Source of the DNA: an uncultured Megasphaera sp.
Lineage (GTDB): Bacteria > Bacillota > Negativicutes > Veillonellales > Megasphaeraceae
Length of the DNA stretch: 64,000 bases
Assembly: GCA_934202965.1 (NCBI GenBank)
Contig: CAKPYN010000006.1
Location: forward strand, 37,141-101,140
Reading direction: 5' to 3'
How positions within the stretch are numbered: the first letter of the stretch is position 1; each line of letters begins with the position of its first letter. The position numbers were made by a program, and so were the translations under genes. Below are positions 1-9,318 of this stretch, piece after piece. The notes under the pieces were generated by a model. It was not told the DNA's origin and searched no databases. It worked only from the letters and a program-made list of their open reading frames with translations.

Positions 1-76
1 AGTTTGCTGTGGCAATATAGATGATAGAAATACTAGATATCTCCATTCTCTCCCATTTACCAGTCTGTATCTGATT

Positions 77-517
77 TTATTTATTTTTATCCCGTTCGAT
101 AGCTTCTTTCAGCGTATGCCATGCCAGTACGGCACATTTAACACGAGCCGGCATATTGGAAATATTTTTGAGTGCAATCGCATCTTCCAAATCTTCCAAT
201 TCATCGTCATCGGTGACTTCCCGCTTAATCATATCGAGAAATAAATTAACCAGACGCAGTGCCTCTTCTACGGTTTTACCTTTAATAAGATCAATCATGA
301 TATCGGCAGACGCCTGACTAATGGCACAGCCGCTTCCCGTATAGGCCGCGTCTTTGATAACGCCATCCTGAATATCCGCCTGCAAAGTAATATCATCACC
401 ACAGCTCGGATTATGGCCATGTTCCTGTAAGTTAGCATGTTCCAGGGGATGTTTATTTTCTTGACACTGATTGTGTTCCAAAATAATATCAGAATACAAT
501 TCGTTCATGTTTTCCAT
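77..517 (-). CDS. sufU: SUF-system Fe-S cluster scaffold/sulfur acceptor, SufU (NifU/IscU-like)
   Basis: 146-aa ORF with Cys in the SCGDDITL, GSGCAISQAS and ARVKCA contexts typical of SufU. It is the last gene after sufS. Confidence 0.85.
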   Translation of the reverse strand: MENMNELYSDIILEHNQCQENKHPLEHANLQEHGHNPSCGDDITLQADIQDGVIKDAAYTGSGCAISQASADIMIDLIKGKTVEEALRLVNLFLDMIKREVTDDDELEDLEDAIALKNISNMPARVKCAVLAWHTLKEAIERDKNK

Positions 518-534
518 GGTTTGATTACACTCCT

Positions 535-1755
535 TTAGTCTTTATAGCCCATCTGTTTGCGAACGAGCGGCAGTTTTTCGAGGAAGTAATCGACTTCTTC
601 CAAGGTATTGTAGATATAGAAGCTGGCACGGTTGGAAGCTTCTACATGAAGATGGGCACCTAAAGGCTGTGCACAGTGATGACCTGAACGAATGGCAATG
701 CCGTAGCTATCCAAAATCGTAGCTGCATCATGCGGATGTACGCCGTCAATGGTAAAGGTAATAACACCAGTCTTTTCTGCCGGATCCGTACTGCCAATAA
801 TATGGATGTGCGGAATTTTTTTCATACCTTCCAGACAGTGCCGCGTCAAAACTTCTTCATGCGCTTCGATGTTGTCCATGCCCAAATCTTCCAAGTAGTC
901 AATCGCAGCATGCAGGGCAACGGCACCTTCAACGTTTTGTGAACCAGCTTCAAATTTAAAAGGCAGTTCGTTGAATGTCGTCGATTGTTCCTGTACATAT
1001 TCGATCATATCGCCGCCTAAGAGGAACGGTTCCATGCCTTCCAAAATTGCTTCTTTACCGTACAATACACCCGTGCTGGCAGAACCACACATCTTGTGGC
1101 CGGAAAAAGCATAGAAATCACAATCCAAGTCCTGTACGTCTGTCTTCATATGTGGCGTAGATTGGGCACCATCGACAATCGCAATAGCACCAACAGCATG
1201 GGCTCTGGCAACGATATCTTTGACTGGACGTTTCATACCAAAAACATTGCTGACAGCTGCAAAGGCAACGATTTTCGTTTTATCATCAATTTTAGCTAAG
1301 TCTTCGTCTGTAAAATGCCCTTCTTCATCGAGATACATGTAGTCCAATACAGCGCCTGTTTTTTGGCATACACGCTGCCATGTCACCAAATCGGAATGAT
1401 GTTCAGAAATAGGAATAACAATTTTGTCGCCCTTTTTCAGACGCGGTTCGGCATAGCTGCGGGCAATTAAGTTTAATGCTTCTGTCGTGTTGCGTACAAA
1501 CACGATTTCTTTAGTTGAGTCTGCATTGATAAACTTGCGAACAGCTTCACGCGCTTCATCATAGAGTTCGCCGGCTTCAATACTCAATACATGGGCACCA
1601 CGATGTGGATTGCCGTTGTGATGTTCCAACAGGTCTACGATTGCATGAATAACCTGATACGGTTTTTGCGTCGTTGCAGCATTATCAAAGTAAACGATTT
1701 GATGTCCATTGTGGACTTTAGTCAAGATGGGGAAATCTTTTCGTACATTTAACAT
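535..1755 (-). CDS. sufS: Cysteine desulfurase SufS (class V PLP aminotransferase)
   Basis: PLP-Lys motif FSGHKMCG and catalytic-Cys loop RSGHHCAQP. I prefer the ATG at 1755 (MLNVRKDFP), which has SD AAGGTGA 5 nt upstream; the ORF-track start at 1794 would lie deep inside sufD. Confidence 0.9.
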   Translation of the reverse strand: MLNVRKDFPILTKVHNGHQIVYFDNAATTQKPYQVIHAIVDLLEHHNGNPHRGAHVLSIEAGELYDEAREAVRKFINADSTKEIVFVRNTTEALNLIARSYAEPRLKKGDKIVIPISEHHSDLVTWQRVCQKTGAVLDYMYLDEEGHFTDEDLAKIDDKTKIVAFAAVSNVFGMKRPVKDIVARAHAVGAIAIVDGAQSTPHMKTDVQDLDCDFYAFSGHKMCGSASTGVLYGKEAILEGMEPFLLGGDMIEYVQEQSTTFNELPFKFEAGSQNVEGAVALHAAIDYLEDLGMDNIEAHEEVLTRHCLEGMKKIPHIHIIGSTDPAEKTGVITFTIDGVHPHDAATILDSYGIAIRSGHHCAQPLGAHLHVEASNRASFYIYNTLEEVDYFLEKLPLVRKQMGYKD

Positions 1756-2857
1756 GGCAATCACCTTTCTGACGGCAGGACTGCATTTTTTCACGTACAG
1801 CCTGGAGCGCTTTATTTTCTAAATCTTTATCACCAATTGCATCAATAACAGGGCGAATATTGGATTCAACGATAATGAGTTGAGCACCGGCTTCACTAAA
1901 GCCACGGCTCATGAGATAAAAGAGTTTATCCTTATCAATCTGTCCGGCACTGGACGCATGATTTCCGACGACATCATCTTCCTTGCAAAGCAGAAGTGGT
2001 ACGGAAATAGAATGTACCTTAGGGCTGAGAAGAATACATGTATCCGATTCAGAACCTACAGCTTTTTTACCGCCGCGCAAGAAATCAATCGTGCCGCGGA
2101 AGAATTTTTTAGATGTATCCAATAAGGCACCGGTCGTTACGATATCCGTATTGGTTTTGATACCTTGTGTCGGTACCCAATAGGAAAAGTCAACAACTTG
2201 GTCGTCATTACCCAAATACATAGCCTGACTATTGAAATTGCTTTCGTCATGCATTAAATCCGTTTTATAATATACAGCTGTTGTCTTGGCACCAATTTCG
2301 GCACTGACGTAATCGACTGTACTTTCTTTACCAGCGTCGGCATAACGGTGTTCTATATGACGGACCGTTTTATCATGGAACTGTACTTTGCTGATTTTAA
2401 CATGGGCATGATCTTCGGTTTTGACATAGCTGAGAAAATTAACCAAGCCATCAGCCGCGCCGCCTTCAAACAGCAAATATACGGTCAAATCGCTATCTGC
2501 GGCGGCCGTAATTTTCAGCTGACCGCGAATCTGCGGCATTGTATCACTTACCGTATATACCAACCAAACAGCACCTTTTTGCCGTGCTCCTATATCAATA
2601 TGACAATATGAATCACTAGCTGTCAACACGGTGTGCAGTGCATCCGGATTGGCTCCCTGAAAATCGCCCAAATCTGGCATACCATTTTCTTTGTTAAAGG
2701 AAACAGTAACATTTCCTTCGTGGCGTTCCTGCGGTTCATATGCTTTTGTTGGCGCATCCTGCATAGAATCTAGTTCCAAGTAATTTACTTTCATCCAATG
2801 GAACGTCGGCCGCGGGAGTTGGTTATATTGTTCTTTTACTGTTTTCGTTGCCATCAT
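1718..2857 (-). CDS. sufD: Fe-S cluster assembly protein SufD
   Basis: 379-aa ORF between sufB and sufS. The C-terminal beta-helix region resembles SufB (LLLCKEDDVVGNHASSAGQIDKDKLFYLMSRG), and a GGAGGAGG SD precedes the start. Confidence 0.85.
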   Translation of the reverse strand: MMATKTVKEQYNQLPRPTFHWMKVNYLELDSMQDAPTKAYEPQERHEGNVTVSFNKENGMPDLGDFQGANPDALHTVLTASDSYCHIDIGARQKGAVWLVYTVSDTMPQIRGQLKITAAADSDLTVYLLFEGGAADGLVNFLSYVKTEDHAHVKISKVQFHDKTVRHIEHRYADAGKESTVDYVSAEIGAKTTAVYYKTDLMHDESNFNSQAMYLGNDDQVVDFSYWVPTQGIKTNTDIVTTGALLDTSKKFFRGTIDFLRGGKKAVGSESDTCILLSPKVHSISVPLLLCKEDDVVGNHASSAGQIDKDKLFYLMSRGFSEAGAQLIIVESNIRPVIDAIGDKDLENKALQAVREKMQSCRQKGDCHVKCTKRFPHLD

Positions 2858-2869
2858 ATTCCTCCTCCC

Positions 2870-4315
2870 TTATTTCAACGAACCTTTAAGTTCAAGGTTA
2901 ATTAAGTTATTCATTTCGACAGCATATTCAAGAGGCAAGGCTTTGGAAACCGGTTCTACGAACCCGCGTACCAACATAGCTCTTGCTTCATCTTCACTCA
3001 GGCCGCGGCTCATGAGGTAGAAAATAGCATCATCGGAAATACGGCCAATAGATGCTTCATGACCAAGGTCGATGTTATCATTCTTGACAACAATAGCCGG
3101 AATCGTATCGGACTGAGACTGTTCATCCAGCATCAGTGATTCACAACTGACGTTGGCTTTCGAGCCTTCGGCATTTTCATTAATGACAACACTGCCGCGG
3201 TAAATGCAGACACCACCGCTCTTGCTGATAGATTTTGAATTAATATTACTCGTCGTATGCGGTGCATTATGTACTACTTTGGACCCTGTATCCAAATATT
3301 GTCCTTTCCCAGCAAAGGTAACGCCTGTAAATTCACAGTGTGCCCCTTCGCCCTGGAGAATACTCATCGGGTACAAGCAAGATGTATGAGAGCCAAACGA
3401 ACCGGTTACCCAGTTAATCGTGCCATTTTTGCCGACAATAGCCCGTTTGGTATTTAAGTTGTACATATTTTTCGACCAGTTTTCAATGGTTGAATATGTC
3501 AGTGTGGCATCGTCACCAATAAACAATTCAACACAGCCGGCATGCAAGTTGGCTACGTTGTATTTTGGTGCCGAACATCCTTCGATAAAATGTACTTTAG
3601 CCCCTTTTTCAACAATAATCATCGTATGTTCAAACTGACCTGCTCCCGGTGCATTAAGGCGGAAATAACTTTGCAGAGGAATAGATACGTCTACACCGGC
3701 TGGTACATAGACATAAGAACCGCCGGACCAGACAGCACCATGAAGAGCCGCAAATTTATGATCTGTTGGCGGTACTAGTTTCATAAAATGCGCTTTAACA
3801 ATATCTTCATATTTCTTCAGCGCCGTATCAAAATCGGTATAAATAACCCCCTGCTGTACCAGTTCATCCTGAATGCTATGATATACAACTTCTGAGTCAT
3901 ACTGTGCACCAACGCCGGACAAGGACGTTTTTTCTGCTTCCGGAATCCCCAAGCGATCAAAGGTATCTTTGATGTCATCAGGTACATCATTCCAGTCTGC
4001 TTTCATCTGTGCATTCGGGCGGACATAGGTAACAATATTATCCATATCCAGCTCGCTGATGTCCGGACCCCAATCAGGGTATTCCATTTGATAGAACAAA
4101 TCTAAGGATTTAAGACGGAAATCCAACATCCACTGCGGTTCGTTCTTCTTGGCAGAAATTTCCCGTACAATATCTGGTGTCAATCCGGCATTTGTTTTAT
4201 ATGCATATTTAAAATCTTTTTTAAAGTTATACATGTTGCCGAAATCCGTAAAGGATTCGATCTTTTCTTTTTCTGCAGCCAGCTTTTCTTCGGCTATCTT
4301 TTTTTCATCAGCCAT
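2870..4315 (-). CDS. sufB: Fe-S cluster assembly protein SufB
   Basis: 481 aa with characteristic SufB blocks (GAVWSGGSYVYVP, HEASIGRISDDAIFYLMSRGL). Confidence 0.93.
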   Translation of the reverse strand: MADEKKIAEEKLAAEKEKIESFTDFGNMYNFKKDFKYAYKTNAGLTPDIVREISAKKNEPQWMLDFRLKSLDLFYQMEYPDWGPDISELDMDNIVTYVRPNAQMKADWNDVPDDIKDTFDRLGIPEAEKTSLSGVGAQYDSEVVYHSIQDELVQQGVIYTDFDTALKKYEDIVKAHFMKLVPPTDHKFAALHGAVWSGGSYVYVPAGVDVSIPLQSYFRLNAPGAGQFEHTMIIVEKGAKVHFIEGCSAPKYNVANLHAGCVELFIGDDATLTYSTIENWSKNMYNLNTKRAIVGKNGTINWVTGSFGSHTSCLYPMSILQGEGAHCEFTGVTFAGKGQYLDTGSKVVHNAPHTTSNINSKSISKSGGVCIYRGSVVINENAEGSKANVSCESLMLDEQSQSDTIPAIVVKNDNIDLGHEASIGRISDDAIFYLMSRGLSEDEARAMLVRGFVEPVSKALPLEYAVEMNNLINLELKGSLK

Positions 4316-4327
4316 GTTGCGTGCCTC

Positions 4328-5080
4328 CTATTTAGCCTGTTCTTTAAATGCATCATAGCCGTTGGCTTCGATTTCCTGAATCAGCGATGCATTGCCGGTT
4401 TTTACAATTTTGCCGTTAATGAGTACGTGAACAAAATCTGGCTTTAAGTCCTGTAAAATTTCACTGTGATGCGTAATAACCAAGATGGAATTGGTTTCGT
4501 TGTGATATTGGGATACTGTTTCAGAAACAATACGTACAGCATCTACGTCTAAGCCGGAATCAATTTCATCGAGCATGGTCAATTTTGGTTCGAGCATGCA
4601 CATCTGCAAAATTTCTGTCTTTTTGCGTTCGCCGCCGGAAAATCCATCATTGACATATCGTGTTGCATAAGACCGATCCATTTTCAGCTGATCCATCTGT
4701 TTATGGAGTTTTTTACGGAACGGCATAATACGCTGTGTCTGGCCGCTTACTGTACTTTTGGCATTACGAATGAAATTTTCAACAGAAATTCCCTGTACGG
4801 CAATAGGGGCCTGAAAGGCCATAAAAATCCCAGCTTTGGCACGTTCATTAACCGGTGCATGCGTAATATCTTTACCTTCAAAGAAAATCTTACCTGCTGT
4901 AACGACGTATTTGGGATTCCCCATAATCGCGTTAAACAACGTCGATTTTCCGGCACCATTGGATCCCATGATAACATGGGTTTCGCCAGTGTTAATGGTC
5001 AAGTCCAAGCCTTTCAGGATTTCTTTTCCTTCAACGGCGACTTTCAAGCCTTCTACTCTAATCAATTCACTCATCATCAT
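4328..5080 (-). CDS. sufC: Fe-S cluster assembly ATPase SufC
   Basis: Walker A GSNGAGKST, ABC signature FSGGERKK and Walker B LDEIDSGLD. It is the first gene of the operon. Confidence 0.93.
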   Translation of the reverse strand: MMMSELIRVEGLKVAVEGKEILKGLDLTINTGETHVIMGSNGAGKSTLFNAIMGNPKYVVTAGKIFFEGKDITHAPVNERAKAGIFMAFQAPIAVQGISVENFIRNAKSTVSGQTQRIMPFRKKLHKQMDQLKMDRSYATRYVNDGFSGGERKKTEILQMCMLEPKLTMLDEIDSGLDVDAVRIVSETVSQYHNETNSILVITHHSEILQDLKPDFVHVLINGKIVKTGNASLIQEIEANGYDAFKEQAK

Positions 5081-5097
5081 TCACTCCTATATATGTC

Positions 5098-5122
5098 TTT
5101 AATCTTGATTCTCAATATTAAA
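5098..5122. promoter_or_regulatory. 25-nt near-perfect palindrome in the suf leader (candidate operator)
   Basis: TTTAATCTTGA-TTC-TCAATATTAAA, with 10 of 11 positions per arm complementary. It lies between the predicted suf promoter and the sufC start. Confidence 0.4.
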
Positions 5123-5143
5123 GTGTACCTTTTGACTATACTA

Positions 5144-5172
5144 AGAATACTCCAACCGCTTCATAAAGTCAA
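5144..5172 (-). promoter_or_regulatory. Putative sigma-A promoter of sufCBDSU
   Basis: Minus strand reads TTGACT, 17 nt, TATTCT, about 65 nt upstream of sufC. Confidence 0.4.
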
Positions 5173-5393
5173 CCTTATTGGTGTTTTTTTATAGTTTTAT
5201 TTTCACTTCTTAGGTATATAGCTCTGTTTTACATGCAAGTCATTTTATACCGTTCTTTACCTGTTTCTTATTTTAGCTATTGTCGTATGCTAAAACAATA
5301 CATTGTCTTATTTCCTGCCAGTTTACCACACCGCATTTTTTTAGACTGCATTAGCTTGTTCATACGATATGATATGATAACAAACTATACACT

Positions 5394-5425
5394 AAAAGGG
5401 GCTTATCGCTTTCTGCGACAGCCCC
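5394..5425 (-). terminator. Rho-independent terminator ending the SCIFF operon
   Basis: Minus strand GGGGCT(16-nt loop)AGCCCC followed by TTTT, 34 nt after the stop of the small ORF. Confidence 0.7.
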
Positions 5426-5458
5426 AAAAACGTGCGCTTTCTGCCATAACGCAACAGT

Positions 5459-5692
5459 CTATCTTTTATTCATTCGTTGCTGTGCGTCTTTATACTTTTT
5501 ATAGGAAGCTGTGTGCATCCAAAGCTGCATCGCCCCTACCAGTATTGCTGCTGCCAAAATAATTAGTAACAGCGGAGTCACACCATCTTTAACCATGGCA
5601 TACAGCAGATATAGGACAACTACGGCAGATAAACATCCCTTTAACTTATTCACAGGAGCCGCATCCTTCACACTGTTCCGGTGCATCTCCAA
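5459..5692 (-). CDS. Small two-TM membrane protein (hypothetical), 3' of the SCIFF maturase
   Basis: Two hydrophobic stretches (LSAVVVLYLLYAMV, LLLIILAAAILVGAM) and a basic tail. The ORF-track start is TTG. The true start is uncertain: ATG at 5686, or GTG at 5653 overlapping the maturase stop (GTGAATAA) with AAGGA 10 nt upstream. Confidence 0.35.
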   Translation of the reverse strand: MEMHRNSVKDAAPVNKLKGCLSAVVVLYLLYAMVKDGVTPLLLIILAAAILVGAMQLWMHTASYKKYKDAQQRMNKR

Positions 5693-7082
5693 AGAGACGA
5701 GCTTTTTGACCGCGCATTGCTAAAACTGCCTGGATGTACATAGCACATTCAATACGTTTTTTCTGTATGCGGCAACTCAAGTCATAGGGTGTCTGAATAT
5801 TGCCACCGTATTTGATATTGTTGGCATGGCATCCGCCGCTACAGAAGAATTTAGCCCAGCAGTCGCAGCAAGTGGGTTTATTCAGCACATGCATGTCCCG
5901 GAACAATGCCGGTAATTTAGTATCCGTTACACCGTCATATACATTGCCGATAACATACTCATCTTGCCCTACAAACTGATGACAGGGGTAAATATCGCCA
6001 TTCGGGACAACACACATGTATTCATGGCCGGCACCACAGCCGCGAAGCCGTTTCGCAATGCACGGGCCACGATACAAATCCATTATAAAGTGATAGTAAA
6101 TAAATGGACGGCCTTCATCCATGCGCTGGAGATAAAAGTCTGCCAATGTATCATATTCTTTAAAAATACGCAGCAAATCGTCTTCGGTAATCGCATAGGA
6201 CAAATCATCGCCTACTACTGGTTCCATCGACAAACCTTCAAATCCCAAATCCGCCATATGTTCTACATCTTTGGTGAAATCCAAATTATATTTTGTATAG
6301 GTGCCGCGAACATAGTATTCTTCACCGTTACGGTGCTTAGCTGCATAGACTTGATTTTTGGCGCATGTATCGTAAGAATCCCGGCCGCCTGCATCTGGAC
6401 GCATACGGTTATGTATTTCCGGACGACCATCCAAGCTCAAAATCAGGCTGATGTGATTTTCTGTCAAATATTTAACTTTAGCCGGATCCAACAACATGCC
6501 GTTCGTTGTTAAAGACAATTTGAATACTTTGTCATGAATTATTTCCTGTTCTCGAATATAGGCAATTGTCTGTTTGACGACGCCAAAATTCATCAGCGGT
6601 TCGCCGCCAAAAAAGTCGATTTCGCAATGCTGCCGTTTGCCTTCGGTACTTTTGATAAGTAAATCAACGGCATGCTTAGCAACATCAAAACTCATGAGTT
6701 CTCGTTTATGCGTATCATAATCTCCTTGGGATGCAAAACAGTATTTGCATCGCAGATTGCAGTCATGGGCAATATTTAAACAAAGGGATTTGATAATCGG
6801 TTCTTCTTCTGCTACTACTTTGAAATTTTCTGCCATCGGCGCAAACAGCATTTCTTTGGCAATGAGTTCATCCAATTCCGCAAGCGTTTCTTTTAGCTCT
6901 TCTTTTGAATAGGTATCCGCAAATGCCTGATATACGGCATCTGCATTGGTACCATCGTAGATATCAAGTACATCATAGGTAATTTTATCAATCACGTTAA
7001 TAATACCGCTGTTAACGTCCAGCAGCATATACGTACCATTTTGACAGTATTTATGAATCATCGGTTTGATTGTATAAGCCAT
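5646..7082 (-). CDS. Radical SAM/SPASM thioether-forming SCIFF peptide maturase
   Basis: CNLRCKYC radical-SAM cluster motif and a C-terminal Cys-rich SPASM region (CxxCWAKFFCSGGC, CRIQKKRIEC). It lies directly downstream of a SCIFF peptide gene. The ATG at 7082 (MAYTIKP) follows a GGAGGA SD. Confidence 0.88.
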   Translation of the reverse strand: MAYTIKPMIHKYCQNGTYMLLDVNSGIINVIDKITYDVLDIYDGTNADAVYQAFADTYSKEELKETLAELDELIAKEMLFAPMAENFKVVAEEEPIIKSLCLNIAHDCNLRCKYCFASQGDYDTHKRELMSFDVAKHAVDLLIKSTEGKRQHCEIDFFGGEPLMNFGVVKQTIAYIREQEIIHDKVFKLSLTTNGMLLDPAKVKYLTENHISLILSLDGRPEIHNRMRPDAGGRDSYDTCAKNQVYAAKHRNGEEYYVRGTYTKYNLDFTKDVEHMADLGFEGLSMEPVVGDDLSYAITEDDLLRIFKEYDTLADFYLQRMDEGRPFIYYHFIMDLYRGPCIAKRLRGCGAGHEYMCVVPNGDIYPCHQFVGQDEYVIGNVYDGVTDTKLPALFRDMHVLNKPTCCDCWAKFFCSGGCHANNIKYGGNIQTPYDLSCRIQKKRIECAMYIQAVLAMRGQKARLFGDAPEQCEGCGSCE

Positions 7083-7146
7083 AGTTCCTCCATACAAAAA
7101 GAATACCCTTTACCTCGCGGTAAAGGGTGTCCCCTCAAATACGTAA

Positions 7147-7287
7147 TTATTTTGTGCAGACCTGGTTGCCAACAGTGCAAGATGTCTTGCAAGCGGACTG
7201 GCAGGATGTCTGGCATTCACTGCAACCAGCATGCTGTGTTGTTTTCTGAATCGATTCTGTATTAATCGTAATAATATGTTTTGCCAT
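7147..7287 (-). CDS. SCIFF (six cysteines in forty-five residues) ribosomal peptide precursor
   Basis: My hand translation gives MAKHIITINTESIQKTTQHAGCSECQTSCQSACKTSCTVGNQVCTK (46 aa, six Cys). The GCxECQTSCQSACKTSCTVxNQ core matches the SCIFF family signature. A GAGGTGA SD is upstream. Absent from the ORF track because it is under 60 aa. Confidence 0.9.
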   Translation of the reverse strand: MAKHIITINTESIQKTTQHAGCSECQTSCQSACKTSCTVGNQVCTK

Positions 7288-7351
7288 TCTCTTTCACCTC
7301 ACTGTCAAGATTAGTCTTATTTTACCACATAAGACGCGTTTCGACAATATA

Positions 7352-7747
7352 TCAAAGAAGCTTAAACCCTTCAAAGACAAAGTTTTTTCCCATACTGACA
7401 ACAATCGAACGTTCATGGAACACATCGTTTGTATCAAAAAAAATATCAAAGCCACCTTTATACGTAACATATACGGAATTAATGCGTTTTAAGTAGCTGC
7501 GTATTTCTTCTGCTGTTACTTCTCGTTCTCCATCAGCACGCCACTTTTTATTTTTAAAATTAGCAATCAATGGCGCATGCGCCATGACACGGGACCGATG
7601 GGCTAATACCCAGTTCCAGATTTCCTCACTATAGCGGCGAGCCTCTGCATCGTTGCCTTCAGCTAATCCTTCTAAGGTAAATAATACTGGTTGGCCTTCA
7701 AACATGATTTCATCCATATAGTTACCTTTTACATATTTTAAATCCAT
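7352..7747 (-). CDS. Hypothetical protein (131 aa from the preferred start)
   Basis: The ATG at 7747 (MDLKYVKG) has SD GGGGAGGG 9 nt upstream. The ORF-track start at 7798 has no SD and coincides with the predicted TSS. I recognised no diagnostic motif. Confidence 0.6.
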   Translation of the reverse strand: MDLKYVKGNYMDEIMFEGQPVLFTLEGLAEGNDAEARRYSEEIWNWVLAHRSRVMAHAPLIANFKNKKWRADGEREVTAEEIRSYLKRINSVYVTYKGGFDIFFDTNDVFHERSIVVSMGKNFVFEGFKLL

Positions 7748-7803
7748 ATAGAATGAACCCTCCCCACTAATGTTTTGGAATGTATACAGCTCATGCATTA
7801 TTT

Positions 7804-7832
7804 ATATTACTCATTTTTTATACATTTGTCAA
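7804..7832 (-). promoter_or_regulatory. Putative sigma-A promoter upstream of the 131-aa gene and SCIFF cassette
   Basis: Minus strand reads TTGACA, 17 nt, TAATAT, overlapping the nth stop codon. Confidence 0.45.
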
Positions 7833-8461
7833 TGTGACTGACTGGGACAAAGATCGGCTAAAAAGCATTGATCGCATAATGGTTTTCGTGCTTTGCATAC
7901 ACGGCGTCCATGCCAAATAAGCCAATGATGGGCTCGGCTCCACCATTTTTTAGGAATCGCATTTTGCAGTCCCTTTTCTACTTCCAACGGCGTCTTTCCT
8001 TCAGCCAGCTGCAGTCGATTAGATACACGAAATACATGCGTGTCTACAGCAATCGCCGGCGTATCAAATAAAATACTTACCAATACATTGGCCGTTTTGC
8101 GGCCTACACCGGGCAGCTTGACCAATTCATCAAACGTTGTCGGTACTTCGCCATGATACGTTTCACACAGCATCGCACAGTTTGCTAAAATATTCTTTGC
8201 TTTGCTGTGATACAATCCGCACGTGCGAATTTTTTCTTCTAATCCGCTGATTCCCAATTCCAGCATTTTTTCCGGCGTATTATACTGGGGGAACATGCCT
8301 GCCGTAACGATATTGACTCGTTCATCTGTGCATTGCGCCGATAAAATAACAGCTATCATCAATTCAAATGGCGTATGATAGTGAAGTGCCGGTTTCATAA
8401 TACCGTATTGATCTTGAAATCGCTGCAGCATTTCATCTTTTACTTTTTTAGAAACAGCCAT
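7829..8461 (-). CDS. nth: Endonuclease III (DNA-(apurinic/apyrimidinic site) lyase)
   Basis: HhH-GPD motif LPGVGRKTANVLV and the C-terminal 4Fe-4S loop CKARKPLCDQCFLADLC. Confidence 0.92.
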   Translation of the reverse strand: MAVSKKVKDEMLQRFQDQYGIMKPALHYHTPFELMIAVILSAQCTDERVNIVTAGMFPQYNTPEKMLELGISGLEEKIRTCGLYHSKAKNILANCAMLCETYHGEVPTTFDELVKLPGVGRKTANVLVSILFDTPAIAVDTHVFRVSNRLQLAEGKTPLEVEKGLQNAIPKKWWSRAHHWLIWHGRRVCKARKPLCDQCFLADLCPSQSH

Positions 8462-9313
8462 TTATTTCGCCTCACTTGTATCAATGACTTCATTTAAACT
8501 TCCCATTTCATATCCGCCCAAATCAAGTGTAACATACGTGAATCCACACTTCCTTACATACGATACAATTGCTTCTCGATGTGCGAGTATTGCCGGTATT
8601 TCGTCCACACCGACTTCAATCCGGGCTACATCACCATGGTACCGCACACGCAGTGAACCATGAATATAGGGGGCAATAAATTGTTCTGCGTTGTCAATAG
8701 CCTGCAGTCGCTGTGGCAGCAAGGTCGTTCCATAGGGAATGCGGCTCGCCAGACACGCTGCGCTTTGTTTATCCCACGTTTTTAGGCCAAACCGCCACGA
8801 TAACGCGCGAATATCTTCTTTATGGAGACCGGCTTCAATCATCGGGCTGCGTACAAATTGGGATAATTCCTTGATAGCTTTCATGCCTGGCCGATAATCG
8901 CCTAAGTCATCAACGTTGCCGCCATCGACAACCCATTGATACCCTTTTTGTTGAGCCAGTTCTACTAATGCGGAAAAACGAATCTTTTTGCAAATGTAGC
9001 AGCGATCCGGCGGATTCTGCACAAAGGTTTCATCGTCAAATTCCGTCGTCGGAACAATCAAATGGGATACGCCGATTTGCTTTGCCATAGATACGGCATC
9101 TTCTTTTTCACTCGCAGGCAGTGTCGGCGATACAGCCGTCACCGCCAACACGCGATCTTTTAGCACATCATGTGCGGCATACGTCAAAAACGTACTGTCT
9201 ACACCGCCGGAAAAGCCGATAACTACACTGCCCATCTCTTGAAGAATGGTACACAATGTTTCATATTTTTTATCTAATTCTTTTATATCTAGCTGCTCTT
9301 TATATTCTGACAC
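8462..9313 (-). CDS. larE: PP-loop ATP-dependent sacrificial sulfur transferase, LarE family
   Basis: PP-loop GFSGGVDS and the LarE-type Cys context SAACLASRIPYG. About 280 aa, typical for the family. Confidence 0.75.
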   Translation of the reverse strand: MSEYKEQLDIKELDKKYETLCTILQEMGSVVIGFSGGVDSTFLTYAAHDVLKDRVLAVTAVSPTLPASEKEDAVSMAKQIGVSHLIVPTTEFDDETFVQNPPDRCYICKKIRFSALVELAQQKGYQWVVDGGNVDDLGDYRPGMKAIKELSQFVRSPMIEAGLHKEDIRALSWRFGLKTWDKQSAACLASRIPYGTTLLPQRLQAIDNAEQFIAPYIHGSLRVRYHGDVARIEVGVDEIPAILAHREAIVSYVRKCGFTYVTLDLGGYEMGSLNEVIDTSEAK

Positions 9314-9318
9314 TACGA

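Noticed and set aside
5233-5562. 109-aa plus-strand ORF in the suf/SCIFF intergenic region
   Set aside because: It has no SD, runs across the minus-strand terminator and into the small membrane ORF, and has AT-rich non-coding composition.
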